Notes: generated by a model from the sequence alone, not told the origin. 64,000 nucleotides of DNA from a virus (IMGVR_UViG_3300030060_002740:28414-92413), one strand, 5' to 3'; positions 9,590 through 17,774 are shown, numbered from the stretch's first letter. Numbers and translations: made by a program.

Positions 9590-10270
9590 TTGTTGGTTTA
9601 GGCAAGAAAGCGTAGGGCAAAATAAGTCCCTTTAACCAAAGGTAAATGACTTGTGCTTTTTTACTTGGTAAACTTGCCTCATAATCCCCGCCCAACAGTA
9701 GGGGTTTGAGTGTAATAGTAAGGTGAAGACATTGCACCGCAACTGGTTTCGTCTTCATTAAGTTCGTATTGCCTCGTCAGGACTTACGCAATTGAACGCC
9801 TTACTCTTGTGTGATAACATGAGTGTGTTGGGAGTGCAGTTTTACCTGCACCCCCGTTATCAGGGTTTGAGTCCTGATTGTTTTGTGTGATATTTGTGAG
9901 TGTGTGTTGTGGGGATGAATAACGTACTGTGCCGTCTATCTCGGAGAGCATACAAAAAGTAAAGGTAACTCTTCCAATTTATTTACCGCAATGCCGACTA
10001 CTCTTTTTTATAGCGCAAAGTAACCCAATGGTATGTTCAAAGGGTTAGGCAACTCATTAACATCTTTCTAAATCTCACCCGCCTAAACGGGGCTTGACTT
10101 GTCCAGTGCCAAAGGCGAACTCCTGTATCTTAAATTCAATTACTGATAGATACCCACAATCCCAACTGTGCCGTTACTAGGTCACTCCGTCATTCCTCCT
10201 AAGAGTCACTACTTCGCTTGTCAGATGACAAACCGCTAAGTTTGCCAAACGCTTTTCACGTCCTTCCACA
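9590..10270 (-). ncRNA. putative structured non-coding RNA or long 5' leader
   Basis: No credible ORF; nested inverted repeats (9600-9606/9673-9679, 9717-9723/9799-9805, 9724-9730/9751-9757, hairpins at 9834-9851 and 9859-9878) separated by CA-rich linkers. Confidence 0.4.
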
Positions 10271-10279
10271 AATGTTGAG

Positions 10280-10700
10280 TATGTTCATTTATCATCCATT
10301 TCTCACGCCGATGATAAATATTAATCTGCGTAAACAATACCGTTTCGCAGGTTTTTGGCGTTCATTTCTCGTTTCTCACGTTTATCATCACCCCTAGTAA
10401 TAATAATAGGGGGTATAATATATTAGAGAGAGTGTGTGTGTAGTAGTAATAATATAATGATAATAATGATAAATGATAATTGAATATCAAAAAATATTGA
10501 TTCTATCCAAGAATCCCAACTTTCTACCCCTCGACCTTTCTCATTTCTATGATAATCGGTGAGAAATGAAAGGAGAAATCAGAACTCATATCAGATAGAA
10601 TATAACTATACTAAATCTCATACTAATATTAGTATAATATATTATATTATATTATGACCCTGTTTGATACCCGATAAATTATAGTGATATTTAGGGAGCA
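10280..10700. other. AT-rich, low-complexity strand-switch region (candidate replication origin or divergent promoter region)
   Basis: TAA/ATT runs, (GA)n(GT)n, perfect 10-bp IR at 10287-10296/10310-10319; lies near where gene orientation flips. Confidence 0.35.
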
Positions 10701-10864
10701 AACCTTTCGTGATGAACAACTAGTGTTCGTTAAGTAGCACATTAGGTAATGACTACGCTGAAGGGGTCGGATTCTACAATATGAAATCCACCTCCGAGGG
10801 TATATGTACCCTGCCCGACCACGCTGACCCCTCTGCCGACTTTATTTCCAATGCGTGTCTAACA

Positions 10865-10900
10865 ACCATATGGTAGGCTACTTTGTCAGACACCCCATAT
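10865..10900. repeat. palindromic cassette-boundary site 1 (core plus right arm only)
   Basis: ACCATATGGT-aggct-ACTTTGT-cagac-ACCCCATAT. Confidence 0.85.
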
Positions 10901-11210
10901 GAACCTTAGATTGGTCAGGGCTTACATCCCAAGTAGCCTTGTGAATGCCTGTTGTGAGAATATATGGGGCATCGGAACATTGACGCCAGTGCTATATGAG
11001 TTTTCAAGGTCATCTAAGATTCACTGTCCAGTCAGTGTCATGAGTAACTGAACCATTTGCCCGAAGAACTTTCCGTTCTCGCATTCCACTTGTGTTTTAC
11101 TCCTCTCATTAACTCTATTGTTTGTTCGTCAGCCCCATATGGGAATAGGTCGAGGATGAGAATGCGAACTATTCTCATAAATCATCTTCGCTGATGAAAC
11201 CTCGTTATGT

Positions 11211-11393
11211 TTATTGTCTAAGGATGGTATTGAATACCTTCAATGCTGAATCTAATTGTTCTAATGCACTGGGTAGGTCATCACTACGAACCTTAAGGCT
11301 CTTGATGATTAGAACGTGGTCTTGACCCGACTTGGAGTGAGCCACTTCTAACTCGTATGGGTATAACTTGCCCTCAACTATCTGTGCTGTCAT
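11211..11393 (-). CDS. hypothetical protein (cassette 1)
   Basis: 60-aa ORF; TATA-like CATATAT about 25 bp upstream, within the left arm of site 2. Confidence 0.55.
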   Translation of the reverse strand: MTAQIVEGKLYPYELEVAHSKSGQDHVLIIKSLKVRSDDLPSALEQLDSALKVFNTILRQ

Positions 11394-11416
11394 ACCTTGT
11401 ACCTACGAAGTGAGAT

Positions 11417-11484
11417 ATATGGGGTCTTTCCTACAAAGTGTCACTACCATATGGTTGGTATACTTTGTCAGATAAACCCCATAT
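11417..11484. repeat. palindromic cassette-boundary site 2
   Basis: ATATGGGG...ACAAAGT-N6-ACCATATGGT-N6-ACTTTGT...CCCCATAT. Confidence 0.9.
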
Positions 11485-11558
11485 AGTTAATATCCGACTA
11501 ATACAGTGCTTAGAAGGGTTTGAGAAAATCCGATTGTTTTGAATAAAGGTGATAAAAG

Positions 11559-12029
11559 ATGGAATGGAAAGAATTTTCAGGTACAACATTAGCATGGCTA
11601 AAGAATGACAAGACTGTTGATGAAGCAGACGCTTCAACTATCAGCAGAATGATTGAGAAGGGTAACGCAAACCCTACACGACAGGTTCGTATTTCGACCA
11701 CAATCCGAGAGATTGCGAGAGATTACGCAACTGCCCCATATGGACAGAGAGGATACGCTCTACCCACAAACGCACAAAGCATTGTAAACGATGTGACTGC
11801 AATAGTGAATGAGATGGCTTCTCTCTTTGATAACGGTGGAGATGCTATTAGAGCATTGCTTCTACCTAACCAAAGGAGCAAGGTCAAGCATTACCCTAAC
11901 GGGTCTGCTTGGGCCTCTTCAGTTCTAAAGAACGTGAACGGCGTAGCAGTCAAACTATCCAAAGACGGAACTTGGGATGGTTCGGCTGAGAGTCTATCCG
12001 CTACAATTTCGGAGGTAACTTCGGAATAA
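11559..12029 (+). CDS. hypothetical protein (cassette 2), paralog of 13210..13740
   Basis: 156 aa; shares the WxEF...W...KG...RxxRIxxTxR...D...P pattern. Confidence 0.75.
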   Translation: MEWKEFSGTTLAWLKNDKTVDEADASTISRMIEKGNANPTRQVRISTTIREIARDYATAPYGQRGYALPTNAQSIVNDVTAIVNEMASLFDNGGDAIRALLLPNQRSKVKHYPNGSAWASSVLKNVNGVAVKLSKDGTWDGSAESLSATISEVTSE

Positions 12030-12067
12030 GCGGGTAACTCTCATTGCCCTTCTAAGCACCCGTTCTT

Positions 12068-12130
12068 TGGGGTTTGAGATTACAAAGTATCTCTTACCAT
12101 ATGGTTTTGCACTTTGTCGTTAGAACCCCA
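12068..12130. repeat. palindromic cassette-boundary site 3
   Basis: TGGGGTT...ACAAAGT-N7-ACCATATGGT-N5-ACTTTGT...AACCCCA. Confidence 0.9.
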
Positions 12131-12158
12131 CTTATACCTCAGTTAGAACCTAATTAAC

Positions 12159-12347
12159 ATGAGTAGCAATCTATTTACAAAGAGACATTACGAATGGCTT
12201 GTTGATATGGCTTTATCCTTACAACTAACCCAAGAACAATGCAGAGAATTGGCTGATATGTTAGAGAAAACGAATCCTAAGTACAATAAGGCTAAATTCA
12301 TTACCACCATTGTCCATACAAGAAATACGAGGAGTGGAGGAATATGA
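12159..12347 (+). CDS. small hypothetical protein (cassette 3)
   Basis: 62 aa, FTKRHYE...NPKYNKAKF; TATA-like CTTATAC about 25 bp upstream. Confidence 0.65.
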   Translation: MSSNLFTKRHYEWLVDMALSLQLTQEQCRELADMLEKTNPKYNKAKFITTIVHTRNTRSGGI

Positions 12348-12463
12348 TAAGGGACAACATAATGAAAGTTTGCAGAGGATGCCTATACGTAATGGAACAT
12401 AAGTGGACAAGGAAAGGGTATGCCTGTAAAAGATGCCTACATATAACAACGGAGAGATATTAA
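12344..12463 (+). CDS. Zn-ribbon microprotein (39 aa)
   Basis: Manual translation with CRGC...CKRC; ATGA overlap and GGAGG RBS. Confidence 0.55.
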   Translation: MIRDNIMKVCRGCLYVMEHKWTRKGYACKRCLHITTERY

Positions 12464-12603
12464 TGTATAAAATAATAAGATTTAGGTTTGATGGAAATCA
12501 TAGAACAATGAAGAGAGGACTTACTCTTGAAGAAGCAAAAGCACATTGTCGCGACCCTGCAACTAGTGGCGACGGTTGGTTTGATGGATATACGGAGGAG
12601 TAA
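12463..12603 (+). CDS. viral microprotein (46 aa)
   Basis: MYKIIRFRF...GLTLEEAKAHCRDP...WFDGY; TAATG overlap. Confidence 0.6.
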   Translation: MYKIIRFRFDGNHRTMKRGLTLEEAKAHCRDPATSGDGWFDGYTEE

Positions 12604-12606
12604 GAT

Positions 12607-12735
12607 ATGATAGAGTGCATACGGTGCAAAGAATGCGGAAATATAACAATCAAGCCGGAGGATGAAGAGTTCTTCAGTGAATGGGATGAATGTATGTGTA
12701 GAGTAAATGAAATATTGGAGGAATACGAATTATGA
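12607..12735 (+). CDS. Cys-rich acidic microprotein (42 aa)
   Basis: MIECIRCKECG...CMC; GGAGG RBS. Confidence 0.5.
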   Translation: MIECIRCKECGNITIKPEDEEFFSEWDECMCRVNEILEEYEL

Positions 12736-12860
12736 GTATAATAACAAGTTGGAGAATTGAAGTAACGTTAGAGAATGGAGAAACAGTGTATGTATCAGAC
12801 ATGCCTAATGACGTTTCTAGTGTGGTTGATGAATACCTCACTGAGTTGGAGGCTGATTAA
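12732..12860 (+). CDS. acidic microprotein (42 aa)
   Basis: MSIITSWRIEVTLENG...; ATGA overlap and GGAGG RBS. Confidence 0.55.
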   Translation: MSIITSWRIEVTLENGETVYVSDMPNDVSSVVDEYLTELEAD

Positions 12861-12918
12861 ATGATGAAATTAGTTTTGAGAGTAGAAACAGAAGAATACA
12901 TCTTTGAAAGGTGGGTCT

Positions 12919-13080
12919 ATGCGTGAGAGAAGTAACGCATTACCGGAGGATAGTTTGCCCTCTTGGGTTTTCTATATGGAGGAATGCCCTAAATGCGATT
13001 GTGTAATCAATGAAGGCCATGACTACGCTGAATATGATATTGAAGTGTGTGACCCCGATGAATGCGGAGAAGAGGAATAA
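12919..13080 (+). CDS. Cys-rich acidic microprotein (53 aa)
   Basis: MRERSNALPED...CPKC...CDPDEC. Confidence 0.5.
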   Translation: MRERSNALPEDSLPSWVFYMEECPKCDCVINEGHDYAEYDIEVCDPDECGEEE

Positions 13081-13096
13081 ATCTCTTACTCCCATC

Positions 13097-13158
13097 AGGG
13101 TATTATGACAAAGTATCCTACCATATGGTATGAACTACTTTGTGAATTTGAATACCCT
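13097..13158. repeat. palindromic cassette-boundary site 4
   Basis: AGGGTATT...ACAAAGT-N5-ACCATATGGT-N7-ACTTTGT...AATACCCT. Confidence 0.9.
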
Positions 13159-13209
13159 AATACCCTAAATAGAGACATAATACCGTCTAAAACGACAGGA
13201 GAAACAAAT

Positions 13210-13740
13210 ATGACCGAAAACAAATGGACTGAGTTCACTGAGAAGATAACACAATGGAAAAGAGCGAATAAGGGATGGAACGACCCCGAACATAAGTCGT
13301 ATCAAGAGGATTTAGATTCTCTTGACCGAATCATGAAGAAGGGTAGGAAGGATGAAGGCCGAAGGGCTAGAATCATGTCTACTGTTCGCACTCTCTTTAT
13401 GGATATACCAACATCACCATTCAGAACAGGCAAAGCCTCTTCGATTGATGCGGGTATGCTTGCAAAATACAACAAAAGCCGAATTGATGCCCGAACTGCC
13501 TTGATTACTGCATGGAATGCGTCAAAGTTCCTTCAGATGTATGAAGTAAAGAGCAAAAGAGGCGGAGGCGGAGTTTTCGCCACTGCTGAAGAGTATGCTG
13601 ACTATCAATTGAGTTCATCGGACTCAAGAGTTCACTCAGCAATGCGTGGAACATCAAAAGACTATCAGTTCGCTGATGGTAAGCCTCTAATCAACCTTAT
13701 ACCTCAAAAGGTAGTACCTCTATCAGAGTTATTTGATTAG
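13210..13740 (+). CDS. hypothetical protein (cassette 4), paralog of 11559..12029
   Basis: Start re-assigned to MTENKW after an AGGAG RBS; 176 aa. Confidence 0.75.
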   Translation: MTENKWTEFTEKITQWKRANKGWNDPEHKSYQEDLDSLDRIMKKGRKDEGRRARIMSTVRTLFMDIPTSPFRTGKASSIDAGMLAKYNKSRIDARTALITAWNASKFLQMYEVKSKRGGGGVFATAEEYADYQLSSSDSRVHSAMRGTSKDYQFADGKPLINLIPQKVVPLSELFD

Positions 13741-13751
13741 ACGGACCAAAA

Positions 13752-13805
13752 GTAGGGGGGGACACCCTAAAACTCGCCTCAGTCCCCCTCTACACCCTTC
13801 GGGGT
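13752..13805 (+). terminator. hairpins after the cassette 4 ORF
   Basis: GTAGGGGGGGAC...GTCCCCCTCTAC, then ACCC-TTCG-GGGT (cUUCGg loop). Confidence 0.5.
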
Positions 13806-13865
13806 CTTATGTTCGCAAAGCAATTACAACCATATGGTTGCTACGAACTTTGTGACGTTAAACCC
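13801..13865. repeat. palindromic cassette-boundary site 5
   Basis: GGGGT...GCAAAGC-N7-ACCATATGGT-N8-ACTTTGT...AACCC. Confidence 0.85.
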
Positions 13866-13870
13866 TGAGA

Positions 13871-13889
13871 GGATGCCCGAAGGCAATCC
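13871..13889 (-). terminator. UUCG hairpin after the cassette 5 ORF
   Basis: Minus strand GGATTGCC-TTCG-GGCATCC immediately after the stop codon. Confidence 0.5.
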
Positions 13890-13891
13890 AA

Positions 13892-14155
13892 TCAGTATCC
13901 GTCCTGAACCCTAATTGTCTCAACGAAATACTTTGGGTTTTTGAGCATCTCACGGATTTGGTGCATCCTTTCAACGCCCTTACCACGAATAGCACCATTG
14001 AGGGTTGCAATTTCAGCAGTCAATCTGTCTATCTGTATTGCATTCATTCTTTTTACTTCCCGAATTGCACTTCTCTCATATTGGTGGTATTCTGTGATTC
14101 TAACTGTGTCATCTGCGTAGTTTCTGCTCTTTATTGCATACATTGTTCTTGTCAT
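13892..14155 (-). CDS. hypothetical protein (cassette 5, inverted)
   Basis: Start re-assigned to MTRTMYAIK (87 aa); TATA-like AATTATAC about 25 bp upstream. Confidence 0.6.
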   Translation of the reverse strand: MTRTMYAIKSRNYADDTVRITEYHQYERSAIREVKRMNAIQIDRLTAEIATLNGAIRGKGVERMHQIREMLKNPKYFVETIRVQDGY

Positions 14156-14176
14156 GTAGTATATATCCACCTTTTC

Positions 14177-14255
14177 GGGTATAATTAGGGTTCTTTCTGC
14201 AAAGCATAGAACCATATGGTAGTATATACTTTGTAGAAATGCTACCCTAATACCC
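14177..14255. repeat. palindromic cassette-boundary site 6
   Basis: GGGTATAATTAGGG...GCAAAGC-N5-ACCATATGGT-N7-ACTTTGT...CCCTAATACCC. Confidence 0.9.
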
Positions 14256-14274
14256 ACAATATCTTGATAATACC

Positions 14275-15039
14275 ATGAGCGTAACATACGAACAAACAGC
14301 GAAATACACATACAGCGAAGAGAAGTTTAGCGACAAAGCATTCTGCAAGGTTGCTAAGAAACTAATGGACAGAGGGTTGACTTTAGTTGGTTGGCACTAT
14401 TCAGCATCGCCACCAGAGATAGTTTATGGCGAAGTCGAAAAGGAAACAGTCGCAACCGACTATGAGATTACTATTGGTGGTAAATCTGCATTCACTACTC
14501 AGTACCGTTCAACTGCTAACGATATTGTAGCGGAGTTGGAAGGCAATGGTTTTGATGGTGGTATTTCAGAGGTCACTAGGAAGACCACTAAGATGGTGTG
14601 GCAACAGCCAAAAGGCTCTAAGATGTATATGCAAGTCTCAAACTTTGAGGGTGAATTGTCATACTACAAGCAGTATCTCACATACAGTATAGTCCATCCA
14701 AGGAATGACGGCATGGAAGATGACTTGGCTGAAGTGGAACTAGTACCTAAACTCACTAACTCAAACGATGGAGTCATACTGACTATGAAAACGATTCTAA
14801 AGTTAGATAGGGTTCTGAGGGCTGACAGAGTAAAACCGAGTATGGTTGATATTACTCTACATGACTTTGGCCTAATCAAGAGTAAGGTCGAAGACGCACT
14901 CGGTATTCGTAATGCTATATTGAAGGACTGTACTTTCAATGTGAATACCCTCAGTGAAACTGAGTGTTCACCCGATATCATTTACCAAAGGGAAGTAGCG
15001 ACCCAATCAGCGAGGGATGGCCCACAAGAAGAAGAATGA
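14275..15039 (+). CDS. hypothetical protein (cassette 6)
   Basis: 254-aa ORF followed by a GAAA-loop hairpin at 15053-15066. Confidence 0.7.
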   Translation: MSVTYEQTAKYTYSEEKFSDKAFCKVAKKLMDRGLTLVGWHYSASPPEIVYGEVEKETVATDYEITIGGKSAFTTQYRSTANDIVAELEGNGFDGGISEVTRKTTKMVWQQPKGSKMYMQVSNFEGELSYYKQYLTYSIVHPRNDGMEDDLAEVELVPKLTNSNDGVILTMKTILKLDRVLRADRVKPSMVDITLHDFGLIKSKVEDALGIRNAILKDCTFNVNTLSETECSPDIIYQREVATQSARDGPQEEE

Positions 15040-15061
15040 ACGTAAACCCATTGTCCCGAAA

Positions 15062-15102
15062 GGGGCTTTGTGGTCGTTTATACAAAGTTATCCAACCATA
15101 TG
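15062..15102. repeat. palindromic cassette-boundary site 7 (left arm plus core only)
   Basis: GGGG...ACAAAGT-tatcca-ACCATATG. Confidence 0.8.
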
Positions 15103-15179
15103 CTTTGCATTGCAAAATTTTTTTGTTTCATTGTTTCTATTACCCAAAGTTAATTTGTATAACCTCTTAGCGAACACCA

Positions 15180-15407
15180 ATGACCGATGAGGCTGTTATT
15201 TTAGAACTGGTAAAAAACGCCAATAAGATACTGTCCTCAATACGAGAAGAAATTGACAACATAAAGGTTCAAGGCAAGTTAGACCCTTCTTTGGATAAGA
15301 AATTAGTTGCAATAAAAACCGCTACAAAACAACTCGGTAGTGAGATATTAAACAAGGTATTCAGACAAACACGCTTAACAGATTATGAGGGCTTTGGCAC
15401 TAAATGA
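15180..15407 (+). CDS. hypothetical protein
   Basis: 75 aa; TATA-like TGTATAA about 20-25 bp upstream. Confidence 0.6.
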   Translation: MTDEAVILELVKNANKILSSIREEIDNIKVQGKLDPSLDKKLVAIKTATKQLGSEILNKVFRQTRLTDYEGFGTK

Positions 15408-15425
15408 TTTTTATTCTGGTTATAG

Positions 15426-16016
15426 GTGAAAAAGATGGAAAAAATTTTTGCTAGTCCCGAAAAAATTCCAGCCCATTTTTTGAAAAAAGACGGGGTAGAA
15501 TCTTTTGACCTATGGTTTGATACACTTCACAAGGACTTTCAGATGGCTAAGACCGAAGGTGGTGTTGATGATGCTATTGATGAGTTAGAGGAAGTAGTGG
15601 AAGAGTTCGACTTGACCGAGAATGAATGGGCTTCGGTTGATGATGCGTCTGATTACCTCTTTGAGCATAAGTACAAAGATAAGATGAAGAAGAGTTGGGC
15701 CGATATCATAAAAGCCACTATGAAAGCACCCCGTATTCCAAGAAAGAAAGGACAGAAAAGAAACTCAAAGGAGCATTCTGATTTGTATACAGATGAAAAC
15801 CCAAAAGGAACTATTCATGGTTTGGGATTCAAGGATGAGGAGAAGTCTAGGAAGTCTGTTTCTAAGATAAAGAACAGTAACAGAAGTCATGCACATAAAA
15901 CACAAGCCGCAATAGCAATGGAGCAAAGAGCAAGGGAAATGGGTAAGACCAAAGAAGCAGCGATATACAGGAAGTTCATAGAACAGCAGAAAAAGAAAAC
16001 CGAGGCTAGAAAATGA
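15426..16016 (+). CDS. hypothetical protein with acidic N-half and basic C-half, joined by an SWADIIK motif
   Basis: C-half HSDLYTDENPKGTIHGLGFKD resembles, from recall, widespread marine phage proteins. Confidence 0.65.
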   Translation: MKKMEKIFASPEKIPAHFLKKDGVESFDLWFDTLHKDFQMAKTEGGVDDAIDELEEVVEEFDLTENEWASVDDASDYLFEHKYKDKMKKSWADIIKATMKAPRIPRKKGQKRNSKEHSDLYTDENPKGTIHGLGFKDEEKSRKSVSKIKNSNRSHAHKTQAAIAMEQRAREMGKTKEAAIYRKFIEQQKKKTEARK

Positions 16017-16288
16017 AACAGTGGTTGATTAGAAAGTTGATTGCCTTAATGGGTAACACCTATGTTTGGTTGGACAAGAAGTTAGTTCATCCTGATGGGC
16101 CAGTTCTAGGTTTGGAGATTGATGATGACTTTGCTAAGATGAGCAGATATGAGTTATGTTGTCACATTGAGGATAAGTTCGGATTAGAGAGAGATTCTTT
16201 TTGGAAGTTGGAATCTACACAGAAGATAAGGTTCTGTTCTCAAACTGCAAGGAACATACTTACGCCAAAAAAGAGGAAGAAGAAATGA
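16013..16288 (+). CDS. hypothetical protein
   Basis: 91 aa with 4-bp overlaps. Confidence 0.6.
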   Translation: MKQWLIRKLIALMGNTYVWLDKKLVHPDGPVLGLEIDDDFAKMSRYELCCHIEDKFGLERDSFWKLESTQKIRFCSQTARNILTPKKRKKK

Positions 16289-16542
16289 GTAACTTAAGCA
16301 AGTTTGATAGTCTTCATCATAGTGCGACTATGCAGGGTTCACTAAGCACCGATGATGATTCTTGGTTTAACATACTAAGAATGGGAGGGGCGGTAACGTC
16401 AACCTCAAGTGGTACATCGGCATTATTCAACAATAAAACGGGAGGGGGAAAAAGACGTGGTAAAAAGAAAAAGAGTCTCAAAAGACAAAGGTATCAAGAC
16501 GAAACTACCAGACGGGACAGACGCTACAATCAACGTAAGTAA
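16285..16542 (+). CDS. basic hypothetical protein (SWFNILR motif)
   Basis: ATG overlaps the previous stop codon. Confidence 0.5.
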   Translation: MSNLSKFDSLHHSATMQGSLSTDDDSWFNILRMGGAVTSTSSGTSALFNNKTGGGKRRGKKKKSLKRQRYQDETTRRDRRYNQRK

Positions 16543-17569
16543 AAGGTCTTTTGGACAGAATTTCCAAGAGTGGGAAAGAAAAGCCGGAGGACTTTCAGGT
16601 GATTCAATTGGGATGATTAGTCCTGAAGCCAGTAACATGACTTTACTCGATGTAGTGAAAGAACAAGGAGTAATTGGAAGAATCAAGGGAAAGAAGGGAA
16701 GTAAGATAAAGGGCAAAGGTGGAGTTGCTATCTTCAAGGCGTTGAAAACTATCTTCAATAAACCTGATATGTCCAAAGGACAGTTACCTGCCTTGAAAGC
16801 ATTGGATACACTAATGAATGCGATTGAGGGAAGTTCTGCTGACCCTCGTAATATTGTATTCTCTAATCCGGTGGATTGGTCAGAAGACACTGGAAGAGTC
16901 TTGGATACTGAACCTGTTTATGGACATTATAGAACTGATGAGTATGAAACTGTTAGAGATTTGAAAGACGAGGATGTTCCCGCAGTTTCATCAGAATGGT
17001 ATAATGATTCCAAGAATGCTGCCACACCACCATTTTGGCAAGCACTTTATGGTAAGGGAACTAATGCTCCTTTCAATTCTCCAAGCCTACATATGATAAT
17101 TAAACAGGCTATCAAAGATATTGGGGATGCCCCAATAATTATCAACAAGGACAACCCTGTTCCCATCGAGGGTAAGAAGGCTGCAACTACTGCCCTCACA
17201 ATTTCTGTATTGAGAGGCATAGTGGAAACAGAGTTGAATAATGGAAAAGAGGGTAAGTCATTTCCTGATAGTAAAGTTAGAAGATTGATTATGGGGCAAC
17301 CGTTTGATATTAGAACGGAAAAGGAATCCGAAGCAGTCAAGTCCCTCAAGAAACTGAACATTCCAAATGACATCGAGGAGTGTTGGTTCAAGTTATCAAG
17401 AAGACAAGTTAAGTTGATGGCTTTTGAACTTGCTAAGAGAAAAGGCGTGAAGATGCACTTCAGACAAGCAAGTGGAGATATTGCAAGAAGCCCATTGGTC
17501 TTCGGAGAAAGACCTGACCCTGATACTGAGAAGAAATCTCTTGATTGGAAAGGGATGTTAGCGAGGTGA
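16457..17569 (+). CDS. hypothetical protein, putative virion-internal
   Basis: GTG start after GGAGGGG; ends KKSLDWKGMLAR. Confidence 0.7.
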   Translation: MVKRKRVSKDKGIKTKLPDGTDATINVSKRSFGQNFQEWERKAGGLSGDSIGMISPEASNMTLLDVVKEQGVIGRIKGKKGSKIKGKGGVAIFKALKTIFNKPDMSKGQLPALKALDTLMNAIEGSSADPRNIVFSNPVDWSEDTGRVLDTEPVYGHYRTDEYETVRDLKDEDVPAVSSEWYNDSKNAATPPFWQALYGKGTNAPFNSPSLHMIIKQAIKDIGDAPIIINKDNPVPIEGKKAATTALTISVLRGIVETELNNGKEGKSFPDSKVRRLIMGQPFDIRTEKESEAVKSLKKLNIPNDIEECWFKLSRRQVKLMAFELAKRKGVKMHFRQASGDIARSPLVFGERPDPDTEKKSLDWKGMLAR

Positions 17570-17663
17570 TTAGTGTTGAAGTGTTGTAAAATAATAGGTT
17601 CATTTGATAATTGGTCTAATACAATGTGTCCTTATTGTGGGAATTACATAGAGAGGTGAGAGT

Positions 17664-17774
17664 TTGTTTTGGGGAGTCTGTTGTTTTTGTTTAGCAGTAA
17701 CTCCCTTTGAGTCATCAACTTCTTCCGGTGATTTTTGTGTTACATGTGGAACATACGAGGGGGCGTTATTTTGA
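17664..17774 (+). CDS. Zn-ribbon microprotein (36 aa)
   Basis: Manual translation MFWGVCCFC...CVTCG; GAGGTGA RBS. Confidence 0.4.
   Translation: MFWGVCCFCLAVTPFESSTSSGDFCVTCGTYEGALF

Noticed and set aside
9570-9758. 62-aa minus-strand ORF
   Set aside because: It coincides with the densest nested stem region and has no RBS or motif; RNA structure explains it better, though coding cannot be excluded.
9747-9780. Hammerhead ribozyme (minus strand CTGACGA...CGAAAC)
   Set aside because: Stem II cannot form between the two core motifs, and both halves are taken up by other hairpins.
10749-13032. 14-bp direct repeat ATGACTACGCTGAA at 10749 and 13019
   Set aside because: A few 14-mer matches are expected by chance in 64 kb, and the two copies share no context.
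13105-14311. ORF-track N-terminal extensions of 13105..13740 and 13892..14311
   Set aside because: They run through the palindromic sites; downstream starts at 13210 and 14155 have RBS or TATA support.
10865-15102. CRISPR array (36-bp repeats)
   Set aside because: Intervals are 382-1024 bp and contain genes, the repeats are degenerate, and there are no cas genes.
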